From positions 1 through 64,000 of the forward strand of contig JBBRPR010000051.1 of assembly GCA_038227875.1 (NCBI GenBank): DNA of 64,000 nucleotides. Reading direction: 5' to 3'. The position numbers and the translations under genes were made by a program. The notes under the pieces were generated by a model. The model worked only from the letters and a program-made list of their open reading frames with translations. It was not told where the DNA came from and did no database searches. Positions 1 through 10,400 of the stretch are shown piece after piece. This DNA is from Planctomycetota bacterium (GTDB lineage: Bacteria > Planctomycetota > SZUA-567 > H5-PLA8). Every line of letters begins with the position of its first letter. Position 1 is the stretch's first letter.

Positions 1-30
1 CTGAGCCGCAGTTTCGTGAAGGGGTTGCAT
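1..30 (-). CDS. 5' end of a gene running off the window (MQPLHETAAQ...)
   Basis: Minus-strand ATG at 30 preceded by an AAGGAG Shine-Dalgarno; only 10 codons visible. Confidence 0.45.
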   Translation of the reverse strand, partial: MQPLHETAAQ

Positions 31-233
31 GGCAACCTACTCCTTATAAAATAGGTCCTCCGGTTGAGAACCTGATACTAAGAGTATACGCCATGAATAG
101 ACCGAAGTTCAAGACAAAACCGAATATATTCCTAATATGGGCTTAGGGTGCGGTCATTAATTAATGATATTGAATGTGTTATGAACGGCAAAGAGTTGGG
201 ATTATTTTATTAGAATTGGATCTTGGAGCGCTT

Positions 234-854
234 TCAGGCGATTCGCGTATTCTCTGATAGATAAGTCCGATGCATTCCATTCTGTATCGCATGCCGTAGT
301 TGTAGTGCAAAGTGGGCGTGAAGGATTTCCCAATCAGCTGGCTCGCGACCGCGCGTCTTCAGTTGCTCCTCTATTCGATCGCACCAAAAAGAAGCACGCG
401 CAGTATTGTCAACATACGCGTTGAGTGCCGCCAAGCCGGAAGAGTTATTGATGTTGTCTATCTGTTTGACCTTTATCTCCTCTTCTCCAAGTCTCAAGAC
501 ATCAATCACATTCAACTGACTTCGGATTGCTGGCTGAAACTGCTTTTCCATGGCCGTGACGACTCGAGGCCACTTCTCAGCGTGTTCACGCCGATCAATT
601 TGTTGGTGCTTGATGTCGAGCCAGTTGCCCAATATGCGTGTGGATGGTGGCGCGCACAAAATTTCTATACTGCAGGATGGTCTGTACGCGCCCGATTTGA
701 GCGCCTGAAAACAAATCGATTGTTTGACAGGGCCATTTGCACGAGCCAGTGTAACGTCGTGCTTTACCTGCCAGTCTGGAAACGCACTTCGATAATTTGC
801 GAAAAACTCACGCAGTTCCATTTTGGTTAGTGGTTTGATGTTGATGGACGACAT
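234..854 (-). CDS. Hypothetical protein (206 aa), low GC; possibly immunity-protein-like
   Basis: ORF 234..887, start taken at ATG 854 (MSSINIKP); visibly more AT-rich than flanking genes; no motif recognised. Confidence 0.55.
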   Translation of the reverse strand: MSSINIKPLTKMELREFFANYRSAFPDWQVKHDVTLARANGPVKQSICFQALKSGAYRPSCSIEILCAPPSTRILGNWLDIKHQQIDRREHAEKWPRVVTAMEKQFQPAIRSQLNVIDVLRLGEEEIKVKQIDNINNSSGLAALNAYVDNTARASFWCDRIEEQLKTRGREPADWEILHAHFALQLRHAIQNGMHRTYLSENTRIA

Positions 855-955
855 TGTCGACTTGTCTCGCACGCCGGTGACGGTCACTCAAATTAAGGTG
901 CTTTGAAAAATACAAATAATTGCCCCGCAGCCCATAAACTATGGACACGTTTCGT

Positions 956-1048
956 CTAGCACCCCGCTGGGGTGCTGGCGCGTTGGGGATTTCCGGTGGT
1001 GTCGCTACGCTCAACCACCGGCTAATTTCTATGAACCCTCCGGGTTCA
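956..1048. repeat. REP-like triple-hairpin element
   Basis: Perfect stems AGCACCCC/GGGGTGCT (958-976), CCGGTGGT/ACCACCGG (993-1021, loop contains TCGCTACGCTCA) and TGAACCC/GGGTTCA (1032-1048). Confidence 0.7.
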
Positions 1049-1074
1049 ACTGCTACCGCTCCCGGATTCATCAA

Positions 1075-1986
1075 TCATCGTTCTGATTTTCTACCGACCG
1101 CGCGCAAACCAAAACTCTCGCCCTTGCGCGCGCCCATCTCTGACCCCTGACCCCTGACCCCTCGCGCGTCAGCGCGTGAGCGCTTACGCGCGCTGGCGTA
1201 GCGGCCCTTGAAGCGCTCGGCCATGTATAAGCAGACGTCCCAGAGATCGGCGACGGGCTGGCGGGTGTGGGGGAGCGTGGGCATGTAGTTGGGCGGGCCG
1301 AATTCTGGCGTGAAGGTGAATTGCGCGGCGCCGGACTTTTTGCGCTGGGCGATGATCGCGTCCCACCAGCCTTCGTGAGCGGCGACGTGCGGGGCCCATT
1401 CGGGGGCGCGCGGGTCGTTGACTTGCGGGCCTTCCTCGTGGCCGACGCGGCCGTGGACGTGGCGCGTGCGGGCGACGCAGAGGGCGATGTTCTCCGCCTG
1501 ATCGTGGAGCAGCGATTCGCAGACGCAGCAGAAGTGGGAGAAGTCGGCGGCGATGTGGAGCTCCGGGAATTCCTTCAGCAGCGCGGCGGTGCCCCAGGGC
1601 GTGTACATCGCGCGGCCGCGGTGGGTTTCGTGGTTTAGGATCACGCCGCTTTTCTTTTCGACGTCCAGCGCCTGCGCGAAGTAGGACTTCTGCTGCTCGA
1701 AGGACCAGCCGTCGCGGGCGCTGTGGACGGTCATCTGCAGCGGCGCGAAGGTTTTGGCGTACTCGACCTGCTGCTTAAGCGACGCGACATGATCGTCGCC
1801 GCCGGTGAAGGCCATGGCGATGAACTGAAGTTTGTGATCCTTGAGCAGCTTCTTGAACTTTTCGGCGTCGTCCTTGCCAGGCGCGCCGGTTTCGACGCCG
1901 GCGTATCCAGCGTCGGCGATGCGTTTGATCTGTTCGTCCAGCGTCCCGTTCATGCCCCACAGCGCTTTGAACACAGCCAGTTTCAT
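1075..1986 (-). CDS. Sugar phosphate isomerase/epimerase (xylose isomerase-like TIM barrel)
   Basis: Start MKLAVFKALWG at 1986; motifs HETHRGR, ADFSHFCCVCES, HVHGRVG, TPEFGPPNY; the last ~35 residues may be read-through. Confidence 0.85.
   Translation of the reverse strand: MKLAVFKALWGMNGTLDEQIKRIADAGYAGVETGAPGKDDAEKFKKLLKDHKLQFIAMAFTGGDDHVASLKQQVEYAKTFAPLQMTVHSARDGWSFEQQKSYFAQALDVEKKSGVILNHETHRGRAMYTPWGTAALLKEFPELHIAADFSHFCCVCESLLHDQAENIALCVARTRHVHGRVGHEEGPQVNDPRAPEWAPHVAAHEGWWDAIIAQRKKSGAAQFTFTPEFGPPNYMPTLPHTRQPVADLWDVCLYMAERFKGRYASARKRSRADARGVRGQGSEMGARKGESFGLRAVGRKSER
1140..1162. repeat. Heptamer tandem repeat (CTGACCC)x3
   Basis: Read directly from sequence. Confidence 0.8.
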
Positions 1987-2235
1987 CGCTTCAATCCCCC
2001 TTGGATATTGCCACCCGATTACCACCCGATCAGACGCCAGAACACCGGGGTTGAATCGTGATGGTTCTTGGAGTTTCGTGCAACTTCCAAACAACCCCCT
2101 ACCGCATTTATGACGCGGGCGCGGCGCCAGGATAGTAGGGGTAAAAAATGATATGGGCTCGAAATTTCGAGCATGCCAATTGCATATCACAGAAGCATTG
2201 ACGCCAGTGGGCTCCGAGTTTCAGAGGGATTAGAC

Positions 2236-2613
2236 ATGGAAACGCGTGCGGAAACCGTGTTGATTGTTGAAGACAATGCCGACATCGCGCAGTTGACGCG
2301 GATTGCGTTGCGTATTCAAGGGTACGACGCCTTCGTGGCCTCCTCGCGCAACGCGGCGGTGAAATTCATTGCCGATGATGGCATGCCCGACGTGATCATC
2401 ATGGATTGGCACATGGCGGGGATGAGCATCGAGAAGTTCATGACGGAGATGACGTCGATGTGCCGGGGCCGGCCATTGCCACGCATTATTCTGTCGACGG
2501 CGGGGCAGGATGCCGATCTGGTGGCCAAGAGTCTGAATATTCCGGAAGTACTGCGCAAGCCATTCGATCCGATCAACCCGCTCAAGCAAGTGGACGGCTG
2601 GCGCGCAACCTAA
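2236..2613 (+). CDS. Single-domain response regulator
   Basis: VLIVEDN, PDVIIMDWHM and RKPFD receiver motifs; GAGGG upstream of ATG 2236. Confidence 0.9.
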   Translation: METRAETVLIVEDNADIAQLTRIALRIQGYDAFVASSRNAAVKFIADDGMPDVIIMDWHMAGMSIEKFMTEMTSMCRGRPLPRIILSTAGQDADLVAKSLNIPEVLRKPFDPINPLKQVDGWRAT

Positions 2614-2616
2614 AAT

Positions 2617-2640
2617 CGGTCGGCGCTGCCGACCGTTTTT
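2617..2640 (+). terminator. Intrinsic terminator
   Basis: CGGTCGGC-gct-GCCGACCG stem followed by TTTTT immediately after the stop codon. Confidence 0.75.
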
Positions 2641-2743
2641 CGGAGGGTTGGGTAGATTGACTTCAGCCCTTCTTCGGACTTGATCCGTTGCAATCGCGGA
2701 CATCACCGCCAGTTGCATCCCGCGGAAAAGACGGACATCCACA

Positions 2744-4792
2744 GTGACCAGTGCTCCCAGCTTTCCTCCCTCCGAATCGTTGGAATCCCTGCACAATCAA
2801 CTCCGTGAAAGCGAAGCGCGGTTCCATCATACGTTCGAGCAGGCGGCCGTCGGCATGGCGCACGTCGCTCCGGACGGGCATTGGCTGCGCGTCAATCCAC
2901 ACCTCTGTGAAATGCTGGGCTACACGCCCGACGAACTAAAGAAGCTGACCTTCCAGCACATCACTCATCCCGAGGACGTCGACGAGGACGTGGAGAACCT
3001 GCACCGGCTGCTGACGGGTAAGAGCGACGCCTACTCCCGTGAGAAACGGTACATCCGCAAGGATGGCAGTATCGTCTGGGCGAAGCTGACGGTGTCGCTG
3101 GCGCGGGAGGAGGGCAACGTCCCGGTCTACTTTGTCGGCGTGGTCGAAAACATCACCCGGCGCAAATGCGCGGAAGACGCGCTGGCGAAGATCAACGAGA
3201 AGCTGACGCAGAAGGCAAAGGACAGCTCCGAACTTCTGGTGAAAACCGAAGAGCGGCTGGATCTGCTGGTCGACAGTGTCGAAGACTACGCGATCTTCAT
3301 GCTCGATCCGAACGGGAAAATCCAGACCTGGAATCGCGGGGCCGCGCGCATTAAAGGCTACGACCACGACGAAATCGTGGGCCAGCATGCCTCGGTGTTT
3401 TACACCCCCGAGGACCGTGCCGCGCACCGGCCGGATCGCATCCTGGCGGAAGCACGCGCCAAGGGGCGCGTGGAAGACGAAGGCTGGCGCGTGCGCAAAG
3501 ACGGCTCGAAATTCTGGGCCAACGTGGTGATCACGGCGCTTTACGATCACTCCGGAAAACTGCGTGGCTTCTGCAAAGTGACGCGTGACCTGACCGAGCG
3601 GCGCGCAGCCGAGGAGGCGCGGCTCAAGCTGGAGCAGGAGCAGATCGCGCGCGCCGAAGCCGATCGCATCAACCGCATCAAGGACGAGTTCCTCGCGGTG
3701 GTCTCCCACGAACTGCGCACGCCGCTGACGCCGATCCTGGGCTGGTCGCGCATGCTGCTGGGGAATGAGTTCAGTGCCGAAGACCGGGGGCGCGCGCTGA
3801 AGGTGATCGAGCGCAACGCCGAGGCGCAGTTGAAGCTGATCGAGGAACTGCTCGACATCGGCCGCATCGTGGCGGGAAAGCTCCATCTGGATTCGCGGGC
3901 GGTGCTGCTGGCGCCGACGGTGGAGGCAGCCGCCGACGCCATCCGCCCGGCAGCGGTGGCCAAGGAAGTGGCGCTGCTGGTAACGATCGAGGATACGATC
4001 CCGCCCATCTTTGGCGATGCCCAGCGGCTGCAGCAGATACTCTGGAATCTGCTGACCAACGCGGTGAAATTCACGCCGCGGAAAGGGCGCATCGAGATTC
4101 ACGTGCGCCGCAGGGGCAATTTCGCGCAGGTCGAGATTCAGGATACCGGGGAAGGCATTTCGGCGGATTACCTGCCTCACGTGTTCGAACGCTTTTCGCA
4201 GTACGAATCTGGCTCCGCGCGCCGGCACGGCGGCCTGGGGATTGGCCTTTACGTGGTCCGCCAGTTGACCGAACTGCACGGAGGCAGCGTCCGTGTCCAC
4301 AGCGACGGCGCGGGCAAAGGCACCACGTTTACGGTCGATCTGCCGATTCCTGCAGAGTCGTCGGGCGCAGCTTCAAGCGGCCGCATTCCGGTTCCCCCCG
4401 TCGCGGAGCTTAACGGCCTGACGGTGATGGTGGTGGACGACGAGCGCGATGCACGCGAATTCTTTGCGTTTGCGCTACGGAAAAACGGCGCGGATGTGGT
4501 CGTCTGCTCATCGGCGTTCGAAGCGCTGGAAAGACTCAGCGAAACGAAGGCTGACGTGCTGATCTCCGATATCGGCATGCCAGGCAAGGACGGTTTCGAA
4601 CTGATTCGCAACGTCCGCAAGCAGGGCTACACGCTGCCGGCGGTGGCCGTGAGCGCCTATGTGCGCAGCGAAGATTCCGTGCGGGCGCTGACGGAGGGAT
4701 TTCAGTGCCACCTGGGCAAACCGGTTAATCCGGAAGAGCTCTGCGCGACGGTGAAGCGCCTGTGTGACGCATCGAAAGCCGCGAAGACGTGA
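2744..4792 (+). CDS. Hybrid sensor histidine kinase (PAS-PAS-HisKA-HATPase-REC)
   Basis: Two PAS/PAC motifs (RKDGS), SHELRTPL H-box, NLLTNAVKFT, GGLGIGL, C-terminal receiver LISDIGMP. Confidence 0.95.
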   Translation: MTSAPSFPPSESLESLHNQLRESEARFHHTFEQAAVGMAHVAPDGHWLRVNPHLCEMLGYTPDELKKLTFQHITHPEDVDEDVENLHRLLTGKSDAYSREKRYIRKDGSIVWAKLTVSLAREEGNVPVYFVGVVENITRRKCAEDALAKINEKLTQKAKDSSELLVKTEERLDLLVDSVEDYAIFMLDPNGKIQTWNRGAARIKGYDHDEIVGQHASVFYTPEDRAAHRPDRILAEARAKGRVEDEGWRVRKDGSKFWANVVITALYDHSGKLRGFCKVTRDLTERRAAEEARLKLEQEQIARAEADRINRIKDEFLAVVSHELRTPLTPILGWSRMLLGNEFSAEDRGRALKVIERNAEAQLKLIEELLDIGRIVAGKLHLDSRAVLLAPTVEAAADAIRPAAVAKEVALLVTIEDTIPPIFGDAQRLQQILWNLLTNAVKFTPRKGRIEIHVRRRGNFAQVEIQDTGEGISADYLPHVFERFSQYESGSARRHGGLGIGLYVVRQLTELHGGSVRVHSDGAGKGTTFTVDLPIPAESSGAASSGRIPVPPVAELNGLTVMVVDDERDAREFFAFALRKNGADVVVCSSAFEALERLSETKADVLISDIGMPGKDGFELIRNVRKQGYTLPAVAVSAYVRSEDSVRALTEGFQCHLGKPVNPEELCATVKRLCDASKAAKT

Positions 4793-4889
4793 GCGTGCGG
4801 TTGGCCGCTCAATTATGATTTGCCGCCCCGCCGTAAAATCGCTACCGTAATTGACAATCAATTTGCAGCATCGCACTGTGGAGACCGCT

Positions 4890-7460
4890 ATGAAAAAGCT
4901 CCCACGCGTTCGCGTTCGCACGTCCACGAAAAAATCGAAACGGGCCGACTACCAGCCGCTGGATTTATCCCGCTTCTGCAATGCCAACGCAGGAATCCTC
5001 GGCAAGGGTGGGTCGATTCCGACCGGCCGCTTGACGTGGCATGGTCTGCCGTTCCAGGTGGGCCCGCTTTCCAGGGGCAAGCCTTCGAAAGCGAAATGCG
5101 TGATCGCCTTCGGCGATTCCGTGCGCATGGAAACGCTGACGATTCCGATTGAGGAGCGTGCGCGCCACCTGATCTTCGCGCACCGGCTGCTGGATTCGAA
5201 AATTCCTGAAGGCGGCCACGTCGGAGCTCCGTGCGCAGAGTACGTCGTGAAATTCGCCGACGGCGGTGAGATTGCATTTTCGATCGGCGACCGGCTGGAG
5301 ATCGGCGCGATTCCGCACGATTGGGGGCAGTGGCCGATTCTCGCCTACCCCGATGTCAAAGATTCGCTGATGCCGCGTTACGAGGGGGAATTTGGCGCGA
5401 TGGGTTTCCGCCAGGCGGAGGCCGTGCAGGCAATTGCGCGCGACTTTTTCCTCTGGGCGTGGCCGAATCCTGAACCGGAGCGCCGGATTGCGTCGGTGAC
5501 GGTGGTGCCGAAAGGTCCGCGCTTTTACCTGGGCGCGATCACGCTCGGCCACCGCGACGAAGCACCGTTCAATCGCGCCGCCAGCCGCTCGGTGAAGATC
5601 GTGCTGACCAAACCCGCCGATGCAAAGCGGACGACGTATGATCTCGACGTCGCGGTCGATCGCGGCGTGGCGACGCGGCCGTACCCGCTGCCCGCGACGA
5701 CGGCCGCCGAATTTCTCGCGGATAAGTTCGCCGGGTTTGGCGAAGAACAGAACGCGCAGTCCAGCCCCTCGTACGTTGAGATTGCGGCGACACCGTCGGC
5801 GACGGTGACCGTCTCGCAGAATGGCAGGGAACTGGGCTCCGTCAACTGGGGAGAGCTGGAAGAAAAGAAATCCGTCAAGCCAACGCCACGCCTGGAACTG
5901 ATCCTGGTCGATCCCGGACGCAACTGGGTGAAGACCACGGTGATCGACGATGAAACGGGCAAGCCGGTGCCCTGCCGCGTCCACTTTCGATCCACCGACG
6001 GGATTCCGTATCAGCCGCACGGACATCATCAGCATGTGAATTCCAATCTGGGCACATGGCACAGCGACATCGGCGGCGACCTGCGGCTGGGGCAGATCAC
6101 GTATGCGTACATCAACGGAAAATGCGAAGGCTGGCTGCCGCGCGGCGAGGTGATCGTCGACATCGCGCGCGGCTACGAGTACGAGCCGATCCGGCAGAAA
6201 GTGTCCGTCGCGCCCGGCCAGCAGGAGCTGACCTTTCGTTTGAAACGCCTGCGCAACATGGCCCGCGAAGGCTATTACAGCGGCGACACGCATGTTCACT
6301 TTCTCTCCACGCAGGGCTCGCACACCGAGGCGGCCGGCGAAGGTCTGAACGTGGTCAACCTGCTGCTGTCGCAATGGGGTCATCTGTTCACGAACACGGA
6401 GGAGTTCACCGGCGCGCCGAACGTCGCACCCAATGGTGAAACGATCGTGTACGCGACGCAGGAAAACCGGCAGCACATCCTCGGGCACCTCACGCTGCTG
6501 GGCCTGAAGGAGCCGGTGTATCCGTGGTGCACGGACGGGCCGAGCGAAGCGGAGCTGGGCGGGAATCTCGAGACCACACTTTCGCGCTGGGCCGACGCCT
6601 GCCACGAACAGGGCGGCACCGTGGTGATCCCGCACATTCCCAATCCGAATTGCGAACCGGCGGCGCTGATCGCCACGGGCCGCGCGGATGCCGCGGAGTG
6701 GCTGATCCAGAGTTCGTACATGCATCTGGAGTATTACCGCTACCTGAATTGCGGCTACAAGCTGCCCATCGTCGGCGGCACCGACAAGATGTCGTCGGAT
6801 GTCCCCGTGGGGCTTTATCGCACCTACGTTCACATCCCCGACGGCGAGCCGTTTACCTATGACAATTGGTGCCGCCACATGCGCGGCGGCAACACGTTTC
6901 ACAGCGGCGGTCCGCTGATGCGCTTCACCGTCGAAGGCCAGCCGATGGGCGCGACGATCAACCTGCCCGGCAACGGCGGCAGCGTGGAGGTCGTGGCCTC
7001 CGCCGACAGCGTGCTGCCGTTCAACGCGCTGGAAATTGTGATGAACGGCAACGTCGTCGCTCGCACGGAATCGGCGGCGGGCGCGAAACATCTGTCCTTG
7101 CGCGAACGCATTCCCGTCGAAAAGCATGCGTGGCTGGCGGCGCGTTGCGCGGGGAAGAATTACTTCGAACAGAATTCACACTTCGACTGCTGGCGGCGCG
7201 GCGTGATGGCGCATACCTCGCCAGTCTACCTGGCCGTGGGCGGCGAATGGTGGATGTTCGACGCAGGCACCGCGAACTATCTGCTGACGCTGCTGAAGGG
7301 CGGAATCGATTACATCCATCAACGCAGCGCGCAATGGAAACCCGGGACGGTCTCACACCACCATCACCGCGACGATCATTTGAAATACCTGGAGGAACCG
7401 TTTCAGCAGGCGATCCAGGCGATTCACCTGCGCATGCATCAGCTGGGAATTCCGCACTGA
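4890..7460 (+). CDS. CehA/McbA-family (PHP-like) metallohydrolase
   Basis: SGDTHVHF, GHLTLLG, IPH, GGTDKM and AHTSPVY motifs; GGAG RBS before ATG 4890. Confidence 0.8.
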   Translation: MKKLPRVRVRTSTKKSKRADYQPLDLSRFCNANAGILGKGGSIPTGRLTWHGLPFQVGPLSRGKPSKAKCVIAFGDSVRMETLTIPIEERARHLIFAHRLLDSKIPEGGHVGAPCAEYVVKFADGGEIAFSIGDRLEIGAIPHDWGQWPILAYPDVKDSLMPRYEGEFGAMGFRQAEAVQAIARDFFLWAWPNPEPERRIASVTVVPKGPRFYLGAITLGHRDEAPFNRAASRSVKIVLTKPADAKRTTYDLDVAVDRGVATRPYPLPATTAAEFLADKFAGFGEEQNAQSSPSYVEIAATPSATVTVSQNGRELGSVNWGELEEKKSVKPTPRLELILVDPGRNWVKTTVIDDETGKPVPCRVHFRSTDGIPYQPHGHHQHVNSNLGTWHSDIGGDLRLGQITYAYINGKCEGWLPRGEVIVDIARGYEYEPIRQKVSVAPGQQELTFRLKRLRNMAREGYYSGDTHVHFLSTQGSHTEAAGEGLNVVNLLLSQWGHLFTNTEEFTGAPNVAPNGETIVYATQENRQHILGHLTLLGLKEPVYPWCTDGPSEAELGGNLETTLSRWADACHEQGGTVVIPHIPNPNCEPAALIATGRADAAEWLIQSSYMHLEYYRYLNCGYKLPIVGGTDKMSSDVPVGLYRTYVHIPDGEPFTYDNWCRHMRGGNTFHSGGPLMRFTVEGQPMGATINLPGNGGSVEVVASADSVLPFNALEIVMNGNVVARTESAAGAKHLSLRERIPVEKHAWLAARCAGKNYFEQNSHFDCWRRGVMAHTSPVYLAVGGEWWMFDAGTANYLLTLLKGGIDYIHQRSAQWKPGTVSHHHHRDDHLKYLEEPFQQAIQAIHLRMHQLGIPH

Positions 7461-7481
7461 CGCATGTCGGAGAACGGCGGC

Positions 7482-10400
7482 TTAGCGGATCTTCCATACT
7501 TTCGCGTTGGCATTCTTACGCGTGATGAAGATGTACCGACCGCCGTCGAGATGTTCGTCCTTCAGATCCATCTGCAGCGAGAGATTCAGGTCGACGTTGA
7601 TCACGTCCTTGCCGGAGAGCGGCAGGTTGCTGCCGCCCAGGCCCGTGGCCGGAACCTTGAGCAACTGCAGGTTGAAGATGCCGGTGTTGAAGTCGATCGA
7701 GAACTTCTTCAATCCGGAGATGCCGGCGCGGCCGACGTATTTCAAATTGTTGTCGATGCCGCGGAATTGTCCCGACGGCACGCTGACGGTGTAGGTGCCG
7801 ATCTTGAATGTGAACTGCCCCGTTTCTGACGGCAGGAAGAAGCCGCCGTTGGGCCGGGAGATCTGGCCCTTGATCGAATAGCTGTGCACGGCCAGACCGT
7901 TCTTGCCCTGGATGGCCTGCTTCGCGCTGAACTTATTGATGAGGAACGAGCCGGAAACTTCCTTGCCCGCGCCGAGGAACGCGTAGGTTCCCTGCCCTGC
8001 CTTGTCCTGCGTGGCGCGGTAGGACATGCCCTGCGTACACGTGGCGCTGAACGGTCCGATGGTCACCGTGATGGGGACGTTGACGATCACGGCCGGCTTG
8101 ACGGTCTGGTTTTTTGCGCCGAGGTTATCGAAGTTGGCGCGCAGATCGTCCTTGTTGGATTGGAACACAAACTGTCCGCTGCCGTTGCTGACGCTGAATT
8201 GGACCAGCGGCGTCAATCCGGCATCGGACTTGAAATTGCCCTTGGCGTCGAGCGTGAACGGGTGGCTGACGGAGCCCACTTGAACACTGCCGGCCAGACC
8301 CGTGAGGCTGGCGGTGACCGCGGAGAGATCGACGAAGCCGCCGACGCGCACGGCATCGTTGTTGGTGTTGGTGAAGTCCAGGTCGGCGATGATCGAATTG
8401 ATAAAGAGGCTTGGCACCAGGTTGGGCGAATTTTCGACCGGCGTGCCCACCTGGCTGGAGGTGCCCGTGCCCACCCCGCCTGCGCCACCGCCGACGACGA
8501 TCAGCACCGTCTGCAGGACGCTGTACGCTCCCTTGGTCAGTTTCAGCTGCGCGGTGAACGTGCCGTTGATCTTGTAGGTATGCGAGACCACGGACGTCGT
8601 CGCGGTCGTGCCGTCGCCGAAATCCCATTGCAGACTGTCGGAACTTCCCGTCGAGGCGCTGGCGTCGAACGAGACGGTCAGCGGTGCGACGCCGGAGGTC
8701 GGCGACGCGGAAATCACGGGGACCAGCGCCGGTCCGGCCGAGCCGGCGACGGTGACGTCCACCAACGCCGCGCCGACATCGTGAGCATCGCCGGGCTGCG
8801 TGGGCGCGAGACGCCCGTCGAGCCACGCGACGAGAAACAGATTGTTGGTTTGCGCGGCGACGGCGCTGCGCAGGATGCCTTGCGTGCTGGTGTCGATCTG
8901 GAATGGAATCGGATCCTGATCGACGCCGTCAAAGCTCACGCGCTTGCCGAGGATATGGTAGACCTTGCTGTTGACGCGTTCGTTGCGCAGGAAGAGCCAG
9001 CCGCTGGGCCCGGAGGTGACGGGCGGGAATTGATCGGCGCCGGTTCCGGTCGGTCCCTGCCCGACGATGGCGAAAACGCCCGAGGGCGGCGTGACGACGC
9101 CGGCCGTCGATTCCTGATGCCGGTAGATCGAACTGTTCACGGTCTGATCGTAGGAGGAGAGAATCTGCCACGCGCCGTTGGCGAAGGTGACGCCGATGGC
9201 GCGTCCGAATCCGCCGTCGACCTGCCGATCGGTAAACAAACTCGTGCCAAAGGGATCGCGGATCGTGCCGTCCTGGCCAATGCGCACGGAGCGCGTGAGC
9301 ACCGGCGACTCGGTCTGCTCGCGGTAAATCAGCAGCGTGTCGCCGCTGGGCTTCTGCGAGGAGATGAACAGCAGCACCTGATTGGGCGTCTGCGAATTGG
9401 AGGGCAGCGCCTGCTGCGGCGTGACCACGCCCTGGGTCGTGCAGCGGGCGTAGAAGATCTGGCTGCCGCTGGTCTGGTTGACGGGCGAGTCCTGCCAGCT
9501 GACGAGGAAGTCGGTGCCGTTGAAATCGACGAGGGGAAATTCGGGGACCTTCGCGGTCGTCGGTGCGATCAGGAAATCGCTGCCGCCGAGCAGCGTGCCG
9601 GTGGTGCTGATGATCGCGCCGCGGATGCCGGGTCCCACCTGGCGGTAGTCGGAGAAGACGACCAGCCAGTTGGCCGAGCCGTCGTAGGCGACTTCGACGC
9701 GCTGAAACTGGTAGGGCTGGGGAAAACCGGTGACGGCGGAGATCGCGAACGGCGCGGAGACGATGCCCGAGGACGAAACGATCGCGCCCAGCAGTTGCGG
9801 CGCGGCGGGATTGGTGATGTCGTCCCAGACGACGAGGTAGTTGTTGTTGCCTGGCGCAACCGTCGGGCCGCCCACGGAACTGGTGGCGCCGCTGGTGGTG
9901 ATCAGGAAATCCGCGCCGACGAGCGGGTCGACATCGATCGGGTAGAGCGCCGATTCCAGGAACGATTCGGGAATGGCGAAGCGGACGCTGCGGCCGTCGG
10001 CCAGGAGCGTCGGTTCGATGCTGATACCGTGCTGAGCCGAATCGCGGACAACGATCTGGCCGTAGCGCGCACCGAATGCGCCTTCGGCATCGAGAAACGA
10101 AACGCCACCAGCGCGGTTGGGGCGCGGAGGCCGGGCGCTGAGATTGCGGGCGGAGAGATCGCAGATGAATTCCATCGCGCCGGATCCGGCGACCGCGTTG
10201 TCGAAGGAGAAATTCTGCTCCACGCCATCGCCGCGGGGCTTGTAGCGTTCTTCAAATCCCGGCGCGCGCCAGAAACTGATTGCGCCGTTGCCGTCGTCGA
10301 CGGCGTCTTCCGTCGCGGCTTCCGTATCGGTTGCGCGGTCGAAGACCACGTTCGCGCCGCGCTTGACGCTGCGCAGCCGGACCTGCACTTCGGCGCTCTT

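Noticed and set aside
808..1150. Short ORFs 808-1074 (-) and 941-1150 (+)
   Set aside because: They run through the REP-like palindromes and overlap real genes; no protein-like motif
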